Position numbers and translations under genes: made by a program. Shown here in pieces: positions 29,009 to 41,100 of a stretch of DNA of 64,000 nucleotides (positions are counted from its first letter, which is position 1; each line of letters begins with the position of its first letter). Origin of the DNA: Amphiscolops sp. MND2022. Lineage: Eukaryota. The notes beneath the pieces are model-generated. The model did not search any database, was not told the DNA's origin, and saw only the letters and a list, made by a program, of their open reading frames with translations. The stretch is taken from the NCBI GenBank assembly GCA_964187785.1, contig OZ076409.1:25174001-25238000 (forward strand). The letters run 5' to 3'.

Positions 29009-29107
29009 TCAGCTGATGGGAGTGGACATGCTCTGACAGATGACCTTGACCCCAGCCGCTATCTCTTCCGCGTTCTGTACATCGTCTAGAGCTTGTAAAT
29101 ATCGTTT
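29009..29107 (-). CDS. laminin gamma terminal exon
   Basis: gtttcag acceptor; [36 protein letters not shown], resembling the gamma-1 C-terminus including the interchain Cys. Confidence 0.82.
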   Translation of the reverse strand, partial: KRYLQALDDVQNAEEIAAGVKVICQSMSTPIS

Positions 29108-32100
29108 CTGAAACATCACAACTGCCGACATTGATATTGGTAACAAGTGATTCGTAATAATACATGGCAAATATTTTTTATCACAAACTAACTTGTTCGA
29201 TCCAAAAAATTTGCAACTATTTTCATCTTATAAAATCAAGGGGTTTTCAATAGATAATTTGGACCAGTTTCTTATTCAGCCGACCGTAAACAGTAGGCAA
29301 TACAATGTAAGTACATCCCACCATGTAATAGTGCCGTTGAAAGGGATGCGGGACAAAACAGCCGATTCTCTAAACGGAACAAAATCAGTGCTGTTACAAC
29401 CAATATGCATGGAACTTCATTTATTTGAAGAGGTTCATATTTCTTGTATGGTTCGGTCGCTTCACTCTCTTCGCCAAGTAGTAACATTGAGGCATGGCCA
29501 TATGGCACGTCGCTTCTCTCCTGCATTTAGGACACTAGGGGTATGTGAACATAGCTGACTACGTTATAATTATAATTTTATTGGCTGCTAATATTACGCA
29601 TTGACAAAATCGGCGATTTTCATTTTTACCAATCGGCGATTTTGTAATGCTTTAAATCGGCTGTTTTGTTCTATTTTGAAAATCGGCTGTTTTGTCCCGT
29701 TTAAAATCGGCTGTTTTGTCCCGCTCCCGTTGAAAGAGATCTTGTATCTTGGAAGACACTTTTAATTTCATCAAAATGTAGAGATTTCTCTGACAATGCA
29801 AAGAGATACAATAAAAGTAAGGCTCTAAAAATTGGGAACACTGGAGTGAAAACGGGCTATATCTTAGTAAGTGTTTCTCTCGGAATAATCTTTGCTATTT
29901 TTGTAGTTGTATAGTAATTCAATTATTGTTTATTCCAATTATTCCCAAGAAACCTTGTAGGCAACATAGCATTTTACCGCTCATAAAAATGCACCAGTCG
30001 CTTTCAGCGGACACTAAAATCCTTCGCTTGAACCACTGAAATATTTTTTTTTTCGCAACAAGAGGGACTCAGTTTGCTTTGATTGAAATGCGAACACTTC
30101 AACCCTCCTCAAAACTTCTCGTGCGTTTTCCTTCTATCGCTTAGTGGCTGAATTACACAATTCGCCTCCACATAGCTACTTGTACGTGCTATCACGATTT
30201 CGATTAACATCTTGCTTCTCGTTTGTTTTCAGGGTCTTACCCATGAAGCGAGCGATATGTACGATTGACAACGGTTGAAGTCGAGTGATTATAACAAAAT
30301 TATGCTAAAGTTCCTCTTAATGACTTACATTACTGGTGATAAGCGAAATCAAAATACTTCGTTGAAACATTTGAAAACCCTTAAATTGGAAAAACGGGAA
30401 TGAAATTGCAGAACGGAATCATTCTATGAGCTCAACCAAACATTCCGCTCGTGGATGTAAAAAAGTATTTTATTTAAATAGAGACAATAAGTATAACAAA
30501 TATATTCACTTTTGGTTTTGTAAAACACAATATATTCATTTTTTCAATGATATTTGTTTTTAAGGTTGGCAAGTATTGACACAAATGCATGATTATAATC
30601 GTATACGCGAAATATACCAAATTCAAGTCCTTGGTCAAATATGAATTATTTGAATTTTTACTAAAAGAAAGTTCCATTCAGGCAGTGTTGCCTTCAAAAT
30701 TTGGCATTATTGTTGATGGATGTAAATACAGTCCAAAAAGAGTACAAATGACCGTGAGAGGGACACAACAGCCGATTTTAAACGGGACAAAACAGCTAAT
30801 TTTCAAAATAGGACAAAACAGCTGATTTTAAAACAGTACAAAATCGCCGATTGGTAAAAATAAAAATCGCCGATTTTGTCAATGCGTAAGATTAGCAGTC
30901 AATAAAATTATTATAATAACGTAGTCAGCTCAGCTGTATAGGTCTACCACTAGTTCACATACCACTAGTACCCTAAATGCGACGTGTCATATGGCCATGC
31001 CTCAATGTTGCTACTTGACGAAGGGAGCGAAGCGACCGAGTCATACAACAAATATGAACCTCTTCAAATAAATCAAGTTCCATTCATATTGGCTGTAACA
31101 GCATTCATTTTGTTCCGTTTTGAAAATCGGCTGTTCTGTCCCGTTTTGAAAATCGGCTGTTTTCTCTCGTTTTGAAAATCGGCTGTTTTGTCTCGTTTTG
31201 AAAATCGGCTGTTTTGTCTCGTTTTGAAAATCGGCTGTTTTGTCCCGCATCCCAAATGACCACTTTTCGAACAATATATTTTTCCTCCCACAATATTGGA
31301 TAATATATTCGATCTATTGATTGTTGGTTAGCCAGGAAGTATATTTTTTAGTCAGGAATATATTTTGCAAAAATATCACTTGAAAGTAATTTATTACATT
31401 CCAGATTCCGCTTATTGAATACCACAGAAACTGGTCCTTCTTGAAACGCAACCTACCCAGTAACCGCTTTTAGATCCCAATTTGAGATGAATTGAATTGA
31501 TTGGTTACTTCCGATGAATCTTGACGCAAGACCAACCTCATAATCTAACAGAAAATCGTCCATTTGTGAAACCATGTCTTCAATTTCATCAGCAGCTGCG
31601 GTCATCGCGTCAATGTCAAAACTGTCGAAAATACGCTTGAGTCTAGCAGCAGTGTCAGCGATTCGATTTTTCTCATCATCGCCGAGGAAGTTTGTGCTGT
31701 CCATTGCCCTTTGCAGGGAATCTAACAGCTGCGAAGTCCCCTGTAACTTGGAATTAAGTCTCTTGGCATTCCGGTCAGCAGCCACCGCTTTTTCTGAAGC
31801 CTGAAACATTTTGAAAATTGAATGGAACTGAGGTCAACCGAGGTCACAAAAGACCAGGCATCAGATTTTAATGGCGAAAAGTTGTTTGGATATGCATATG
31901 AAAAAACGACTCTCTCGGGGCAGTAATAAATATTTGAATTATAAAAATTTGAAATGAAATTGAGAATTCTAAAAGGATATTTAAATTGAACACATCAGAA
32001 AAATAAAAATTTGGATGTCACATCAGTGATTTGACGTGTATAAAAGTTATCGGTATTTCAAGTAGAACATTCAAAATTTCGTGTATGTAACGGTAGCGTA

Positions 32101-35100
32101 GAGTACCGTAAGTGGTATTTTTCATCTTCATATAATGTTTATTTACCTAAAATATTCTTTATGAAGAAAAATGAATCTAAAATTGGTAGAATTTCGCTGA
32201 AAGTCTGCATTTCATGAGTGCTTAGTTCGAGTGAACCAAACCCACAACTAGCGAGCTGTTGAATGACTGACAGAATGACTTTTTGATAAGATAGTTTCGA
32301 TTAACCTAAACTCCGAATTCCATCTTGTTAGGTAGGATTGAAGTATAGCAATTTCTATCCGATAATTTACAATACAGGAAGAACTTGTCCGGAATTTTAG
32401 AAAACAATCGTGTATGTATTCTCATGTATCTTTCAGTGAATACTCGAGTAACGGTACAAGCTACGGTAATACACGTCAAATCACTGGGTCACATTACATT
32501 TGATTACAAACACGTTGATTGAAAAAATATATTTTTAAAATCTTTCAGCAATTGGTGGTTATTTGGGAAGCGTACAACTCTATGACGGTACTTTGACTCA
32601 CGAATTTATTGTCAAGTCACGGGTTCAAATATTTTACATTTCCTCAATGAGTACATTCCTTATATTTTAAAATTCAAAAGAAATTTAAATTGCTTCATTT
32701 GAAATGAGATGTTTTCAATCAATGCAATTTTATTATTTTCCGCCCACATAAATGGGGGAGGAAAATCATGATCTAAGATGCGTTTTTTTTTACAAATTCT
32801 GCCAAAACACCACTTTATCTCCACTCCATGGAGTGAAGTGCACGTCACTTAATTACCTGACTATTTTTTAGTTACTTGACCATTTTACTAGCGATAGTTA
32901 CAACTGAGTTACTTCAATTATGGTGACTCAGTCAGGCTGTAGGTCCTGGGTTCGAACCCGGGCTGGTGCTTGATTTTCTTTGTTTCCCCAGCCAGTAGGT
33001 CGTGGGATCAAACCTCTCCTTCGCCATACTTTTTTTGCAATAGGCGTGTCGCGGAAAATATCCCTGTGCTTAGCGGACGTCTTGTCTCAATTTAAATTCC
33101 AATATTCAAATGTTTTTCACAGTCTTAGAGTTGTTATATTTGGCAAGCGCAAAAAGTGTCCAAAAAAATAAAGAAGTATATCGTTTTCACAAGGATTTCT
33201 CGTAACAGAATGGTATCTTGGGTTATTTTTCACAGAAAGACTTCAATTGCCGACAGGTATTTCACAACAATTGTAATTTGTATATTCTGAACAAGCAACT
33301 CAGTTTCATTGCATCCAAACGCATATCAAATCTTTGTTAGTTGAAACAAATGATAATAGAAACTTTACTTCAGAAATCGACCATTTCTTTTTCTAAGTAG
33401 GCTCCCTTTCTGATACTACCTCCCCATAGCAAGCTATAGTTCCATTTTTGCAACCATATGGTCAAACGATGACCGGCTTGAAGCTGTGGTTTCGAATGAC
33501 TTGCTCAAGATCACAAAGGTCTGACTACTCACAATAGCTCATTTTGCTTTTCTCCGCCAAATGCGGTATTTTTTGGTACTGACTGGAACAGTTGCTTGAT
33601 ACTTCATTTGACCGAACTTTACGCCGCCCTGAATTCGATGCTTGGTACTACGGATCGTTACCGAACACTGCTTGCTTCTTGAAACGACTGTATCTTGACT
33701 TAGTGGAATCGAATGATAACGAACCGCACTTCTTCCTTGGCGCTTAACACGTCCAACTCTCCACAAGGTGAGAGTAACTAATTTAGTATCTATTTAGTCT
33801 TTGGCGAAATGTCGAAAAGAGGTGAAGAAATGAATTGAGATTTGAAGTGGTCCTAAGACCCAACTTGAATACAGTTTTCCAATCGCTTTGTGTCTAACTT
33901 GGCTTGTTATGGTATACATCTTGTTTACAACTACTCGATGAATGTAAGTCAAAATATGAAGCATAAATAAATGACATTCAAGTGTAATATGAAAGTTATC
34001 GGCTATGTACATAAAACAGTGTGGGTGGTGAATGTCGATTTGGTGGTCTCAAATGGTATGTTTACACAATGTAATTATCACCGATTCAAAGGTATGGCAT
34101 TCACAGTAGCGTCATAAGGGGTGATCAAATTATTTACATTTCGAGTAAATGATCTTGAGATACACATGTGAGGGGTAAAGGGGTGTTAAAATGGGAGGAT
34201 GACCTTGAAACTTGGCCGGGGTGTTCGTGTTGGGTACTGACATACGTTTGCCAAGTTTCATGGGTCTACGGCTAACAGTCTTCGAGAAAACCCTTTTTTT
34301 TGGGGGGGGGGAGTATGGTAAGTATGGTGGTTTCCCGGTTTTTGCCTCACTTGATTTTCTGTAGCATTCTATTGAGAGTTTCAAGTGTTTAAGTTCTTGT
34401 TTTTCATCCATCATGTTTCAAATCGACTTTTTTCATTCAGTGGACTGGCGCCAAAATTGACCATACCACTGAGCTAAGGATGAAGGATTTGTTTAAAGCC
34501 CGACAATGGTGACTTGAAAGATATCCGAGATGATACCGCCGCGGTACAGACCGAATAATTTAACCACTACAACAGGCTCGCTCCCCTTTTATATAAAACA
34601 GCCCGGTCGAAAACCGCTAGTAACAAATTTGTAGGTGGTGATTCAATTCTCGAAGAACTCAATTAGCAATACTTCCCTCAAAACCAAAAGCCTCGATGCC
34701 AGGAACAAACGAATATATAGGTTATTAAAAACTAGCCTCTTTCTGTTTTTGTACGGCTTCTGTGAGAGGAAGTATTTGGTCACACTTGGAATCCAACTTG
34801 CGCAGAGTTTCGTCAACCACCTTCATCTCTTCTTTCTCAGAGTCGATCACATCTGCCATAGTCTTCAGTTTATTGTACACGTCTTCGGCCGTCTACAGCA
34901 AATAAAGAGACCATCTATGAAACTATTCGAAGTGCTTCCTGTATGAAAATCTACGTCCCACCATTTGCACACATTAAAAAAAAACAAAATTGATTTATAA
35001 TTCAAATCATCATTTGAATTTCACATCGAAAATTATATTGAATTGAGAAAAGTTTCACGAAATACCATTGAATCTATCTAAAAAATTGTTACCCGTATAT

Positions 35101-38100
35101 CGGTCATCAAGTCCAGTCGGTGCCCCCCTGGATTCCAGGATTTAAAAATGAATATCCGGTCCGGTATCCTACGAGACTTATTTAAGGATCCGTCCGGACA
35201 GGACAAAAACCAGAGCGAACTATTTGATACGCACAAAGAAACTGCTAGAAACATTCAGAAACAAAAATCATGATTTGCAATCAAAACGTCGGAAACTTTT
35301 ACAGGCATCATTCACAGCTATCGAAACAAAATGTTTTCAGAGTAGGCTTGTTTTCAAAACTACTCACTTTGAATCGGGAACATAGTTTTTCGATATAACA
35401 GATTTCAGAAGCAATCTTATAGTGCTTTGAGTATTAAGCCATTTGGAATACTGTCAATTTGCTCATATATGTATAAAACAGTCCTGTCCGGTTATTTCAC
35501 CTAATAGAAACTTAACAGCTAGAATTGACATCTATTGATGAATTCTTTTTTAATCACAAATAGAAATTACGTCTTATATTCGAGAGTGCTTAACATAAGA
35601 CCACACAATTAAAACTGAAGAAGTTTTATAACATTCGGAGCTTGTGTATAAAAAAGACAAGCACGGTACGACATCCAATAAAACAGAAATGTACCAAATT
35701 TATTTAAAACAAATTTTGAATAATGTGGGCCATCGATCATTAATCTGTGGCATAGGACATTTGAATGACCTACATAAACATTGGGTAAGAACAAACAAGA
35801 TTGACCACAAACTGACTTCTTGCTTGCGTGTGATGGCGTCCAAATTAAGTTGCGCATTCTGGCTGACAGCTTTGGCCTGTCTTCTGTACTGGGAGTCAAC
35901 CAGTGCCGAGGTGGCAGCACACTTCTCCTTCCCCTCGTCTATGTGCTCTCGAATGCCCCCAATTCTGACGTACTGCTCGTCAAACGACTGTCTGCTGTCC
36001 GAGTTATTTTGATAGCCTGCAACACACATGCAATTTATCACTCTATTTTTAAAAAAGCAGATCCGTTTTTGAGTATGCATGTCTTGAAAATTAACATTCA
36101 AATCAATTTTTTCATTGAACCTGTTCTTGTAGTTACCAAACAAGACGCGTTAGGTATTTCTTTGTATCTCACATGATGATGTCAAAGTCACAGGCAATTT
36201 TCAAAGCAAAATCCAAAACAATTCAGAACTAGTTCAAGACTTTTCTAAAATACGCAGCTGTTTTTTTTCACTTCAACGAAATCTAAAGTAATTCCTATTT
36301 TATGATCACGGTTATCCTGAAATCGTGTTTTCAAGATTGTTAGTTATACAAATAAAATTACTTAAGCACAGTATTGGAGAGCGGCACATGTGATGAAACT
36401 TTCATTAATTTGAAAAAACAAGCCGGGACCGGCCCAAGTCGGCGCCATATCCAAGGCTCAAAAATAGCAAAAAGACTTCCAAGTGTCAAGTATTCGTTTA
36501 CAGTAGTCGAAACTCGAAAATTTTTCGAATTTTTTTTTTTGAAAAAATTACAAACTAAAAAAATGGACCGAGTGGCGCGCCGGGGCTCGCTACCGCGAGC
36601 CCCTGGCGCGCTAACGTCTCACAATGCCGAAAAACTGAAAAGGGGGACCCTTTGAGGTTTTTCAACATCCATTCTGTCGCAAAACATGAAAAAATTGAAG
36701 AAAAAATTTTTTTTATTTTCGGGAGAAAATCTCACAATGCCGAAAAAAACTGAAAGGAGGAACCCTTTGGGATTTTCCAACATCCATTCTGTCGCAAAAC
36801 ATCAAAAAAAATGCAGGGGGGACCCTTTGCGGAAAAAAAATTTCGAAAAAAAAATCCGAAAAAAATGTCTCGCAGTGCCGAAAAAAAATGAAAGGGGGGA
36901 CTCTTTGGTCTCGCCCGGTATGATATGTTACGCGGAAAAACAGGTAAATTCATTTTGGTCCAGTTCGCTAGGCCAAATGGTGCTATTTGACACCATAATA
37001 TTTTGTAGAACTTTTAAGAACTATTTTGGTCAGTTCGTGTGGATTGAAAAAAAAAAAAAAAAAGAAAAGTCACTATAATAGTCGCGTTTCACTTCATGAA
37101 GCGCCGACTAAAAATAACAAGCCGAGAACGGCCAAAGTCGGCGCTATATCTAAGGCTCAAAATTGTGAAAGGGGGGACCCTTCGGGCTTTGTGAAACTCC
37201 AGCTGGTTGCAAAATATGAAAAAAAAATTGAAGGGACCCTTTGGTGACTTTTAAAAATTTCCCAAAAATTTTTCGGAAGTGATTTTTGAACAGTGTCAGA
37301 GTGCCGAAAAATGTGAAAGGAGGACCCTTTGAGATTTTTTGACATCCATTGTGTTGCAAAATATCGAAAGAAATGAAGGGGGACCCTTTGGTGCAATCCA
37401 AAAAATTTCAAAAAAAGTCGCATAGTGCCGAAAAAAAAGTGGGGCTAAGGTGAGATCCTTAGTGTGTTTTCGAGGTTCTGGACGTGTTTTGTTTTTTCTT
37501 TTCGTTTTGGACGCGCTTCTGAGGTTCGAGTGTACTGAACCTCCATAGTTCAAGTTGTTGAACAAATGAACAAAAAAGTGGACCTTACGCGTCTAAAAAA
37601 ACTACCCACTGTAAGAGTCGGGCACATTTTCTACTAAAATGCGCCGACTAAAAAATGGTAATATGATCAATAGCTTATTGGACAACAAAGAGTAATTCAC
37701 TTCATGTAATAAACTTCCCTACATTCGAGGATGTGTCCAAAACTCAAACTGACCGTATCTAGCCGCGGTTTCAAAAACACAAAAATTTCTGCTTATTTCC
37801 GCTTTAATCTTTCATTAATAATAGAATCAAATCTGGAATACCAATACACTCCTGTTTAATAATTATTTAGCGCACAATTAATCACTGTACAAGTTTATAC
37901 CGCCTTTAATTCTTCTCGGACTAAAGAAAATATGTATACCTACTAAGCGTAGACGAAGTTTCGCATTCGCATTTGAATGCAGGCGAAACTTTCAACGAAC
38001 AAATAATTAACACTCATTCGCTTCATCTCAATGACGTCAGCGTACGAATGCCTAATTACCACGGTGACTATTGACTATTCAAATCGTAAAATATTCAAAC

Positions 38101-41100
38101 GGTCGAAAAAATCAAGGCTATTCAAAGCGTCGAAAGAATTCCATAGCAGCGATTATTTTCAGGTTATAATTTGGAGAGGTTAGCATATTTGTTGTATAGC
38201 TCGGTCGCTTCGCTCCCTTCGCCAAGTAGCAACATTGACGCATGGCCATATGGCACGTCGCTCCGCTTCGTTTCGCTCCTGCATTTAGGACACTAGGGGT
38301 ATGTGAGCATAGCTGATTACATTATCGTAATTAGTTCGTCATTTGTGCTGTATTCATTTTACTGAATGTGATTGGCTCATTGAATGACAGTTTGATCACG
38401 TGACTGTGACGCGCAGTATTTACTGCGTGTAAACTGCATTCGACGCTTTGAATATTCTACGATTTCAATCGTCCACAATTACCACTGGCTCGTTCCATCG
38501 CACGAGAATTGAAATGTCGTCGGCAGCTTGAGAAATTTAATTCTCACGCTTATAGTCACTGCCGAACAAAATATCTGAATTATTCAGTATCGTGCGAAGA
38601 ATTTTACTGAAAAAAGTAGACATCTTGAGATTTCAATAATATTCTTGCTTCTAATAATAATAATAAGAGAGAGAGAAAACACTGTATTATTGTATAGGGA
38701 TAGCTGGTGCCAGTATACAATAAGTGTAGATTGATTTATGCTGAAGCATAAATGATTTTTTCAAGTTTTACAGGGCGATAAATCAGGTGAAGCGGAAATC
38801 ACGCCAAGTATGAGATGTATGGATAGGCATACGACTACTTTCCAAAGTTAGATGGTTTCTGAGACGACTTTTGAATGTGTGTAGACTTATACTAGTGTCT
38901 CAAGTACAACGGTAGTGAGTTCCACTTCGAAGAAGAATGATGAAAGAAAGAACTGAAGAGAGATACATGACTTCCCACGTATATTATCTGATTAGTGCGA
39001 TTGTTCCACCTAAAAATCGCCGTAGATAATTTTAAAGTTCTCTGGAAGGCTTTTTTAGTATTTCTGAGATATTGGAACAGAAATACTAGAGATTTCAACT
39101 CGATAAGTTGCTTTATTCCAATTATTTTTTTTTCTCTCAGATCACTCGACAATTTAAAACTCGAACGGAAGTAGACAGTTTTTAATGCCCAGTTCATCTG
39201 TTTCTCAAGGGAAAGTAGTAAATGAGGGGGTATTTGAGTGAAAAAAATCGCAGAGTATTCGAAATGACTGATTATTAGCGCGTGGAAAAGCATAGAGTTT
39301 CAAAAATGAAAACCTTTGAGAAGAGCCAATCTTTCCAGTCCACTGTAATAATCCTGGGAGACACGATTCACAGTTGCATTTAGGCCACTCTCCATTTCGT
39401 ACAGCTCCACAAGGAAAATGGACAGATTCTAAACATACCAACCCATTTCTCTAACATGTAATCAACAATGAACAACGAAGGAGGACAACTCTATGATGAC
39501 TTCAATAATTTTGCCAAGTTTGAGAAGTAAGTTTTGAATTGAGAACAGACCCGATTCAGATCTCTTGACGTGGCCAGCAAAGCACCGATTTCGCTCCTGA
39601 TGTCCGCACTGGAAACTCCCAATCGCACGTTGCTTTCATTCACTCTTCGCAACTGGATGTCCAACTCAACCATCTGAAACATTTTGAAAAAAAACTAATG
39701 AATAGGACAACCACAAAATTGACCTAATAATCGTGATTCTAGCGCTATAGAATTGACCTAAAAATTGACACAAAAATGTGGCTGAATACTCAGAAGAGCA
39801 GAAAAATTAATTAATTAAAAAGTGATTTCTTCAATCAATTATTATTGATTGTTTCCATAGCAAAGGAAATATTTTTCAACATTCTCATCTTTGAAGTTTC
39901 TATCAGCGACAGGGACATGTAACATCTTCTATTTCTCAAACATTGACCTTAAAATAGCAGTCAGAGACAAATCTGGAAGTTTGCGGAAAAATTGACTTTA
40001 TTACCCAATAGCATTTATGATTGCCCTACTAATGAAACACCATCACACTGTTTCTCGAACTTTTACGACATTTTAAATTTCAGTTCAAATTACATTTTGT
40101 AAACGAATAAACCAAGATGTCTCACAATTAAACGTCTACATTTGGCCTTTAATAAAAATTACCCAATCAAAAGTCTTCCATTAAGCAGTGCCAATTTATA
40201 GTCGAAAATATGACGTAGACCAATGCAGTAGTTGGAACTAGTAAGAAAAATTTCCCAATATTGAATTTGAGGAAGTCGCGTTTGTTTTAGCAGGGATTAA
40301 AAATTTATAGCAGATTCTTTCTTGAATTAGAAAGAAAAGCGATTGGCTCACATTAAAAGAGTTCCAAACATTTTTCGACTAACGGAATTATTGAGCAAGC
40401 GAGTTTCTTCCAAAATAGGGGCAAAGTTGTACTCGGGTACAGGCTGGTTCACTTCATTGAAAGCCTTGAGAGTCATCTCATACACCGAATGCACGTAGTC
40501 GTGAGTTCGTTGCAGCTGCTCTCCAACCGAGGGATCTAACTTGTCAAGACTGAAACAAATAAGTCGGCGCTATATCCAAGGCTCAAAAAGTGCAAAGTTT
40601 TTTATGGAGAAAAATTGAAATTTTTGAATTTTCTTCTTTCGGAAAATGTCGCATAGTGCCTGGACCGATTAGTGTAGTGTTCAAAACTGAAATTAAATTT
40701 CATATGATTCAGTTTCAGTCTCGGTTTTAAATATGAAATCAATTCAGTTTCAGTTATCATTATCTAGTTACTTTACTATCTATTTCAGTTTCAATTTTGT
40801 TTCAGTTTTTTAATCGGCGTTTTTCTTAAGAAAAGAGAAGACTATAGTCATGGCTTTTCGTCAGTGTTTTTTTTCGATACACCTGAAGTGACCAAAATAG
40901 TTCTACCAAAAGTTCTACAAAATTTTAAGGCGCCAAATTGTATCTTTTGGCCCAGGGAACTGGACTATGACATTTGTTCCTTTAAAAGCATAACATAGGA
41001 AAGTGGACAAGGCTAAAGGGTCCCCCCTTTGGCAACAAACAAGGACTTGCTGAAATAATTTTGTTTGTTTGAGTTCTAGTTTCAGTTTTACTTATTTTGG

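Noticed and set aside
32915..32970. tRNA gene
   Set aside because: Only a B-box/T-arm (GGTTCGAACCC); no cloverleaf; probably a SINE-like remnant.
33539..33770. Possible extra laminin exon or nested gene
   Set aside because: No convincing acceptor/donor pair or motif; the coiled coil is already full length without it.
39205..39441. Cys-containing ORF resembling an LE fragment
   Set aside because: Wrong frame; the phase-compatible exon here (39314-39428) encodes coiled coil.
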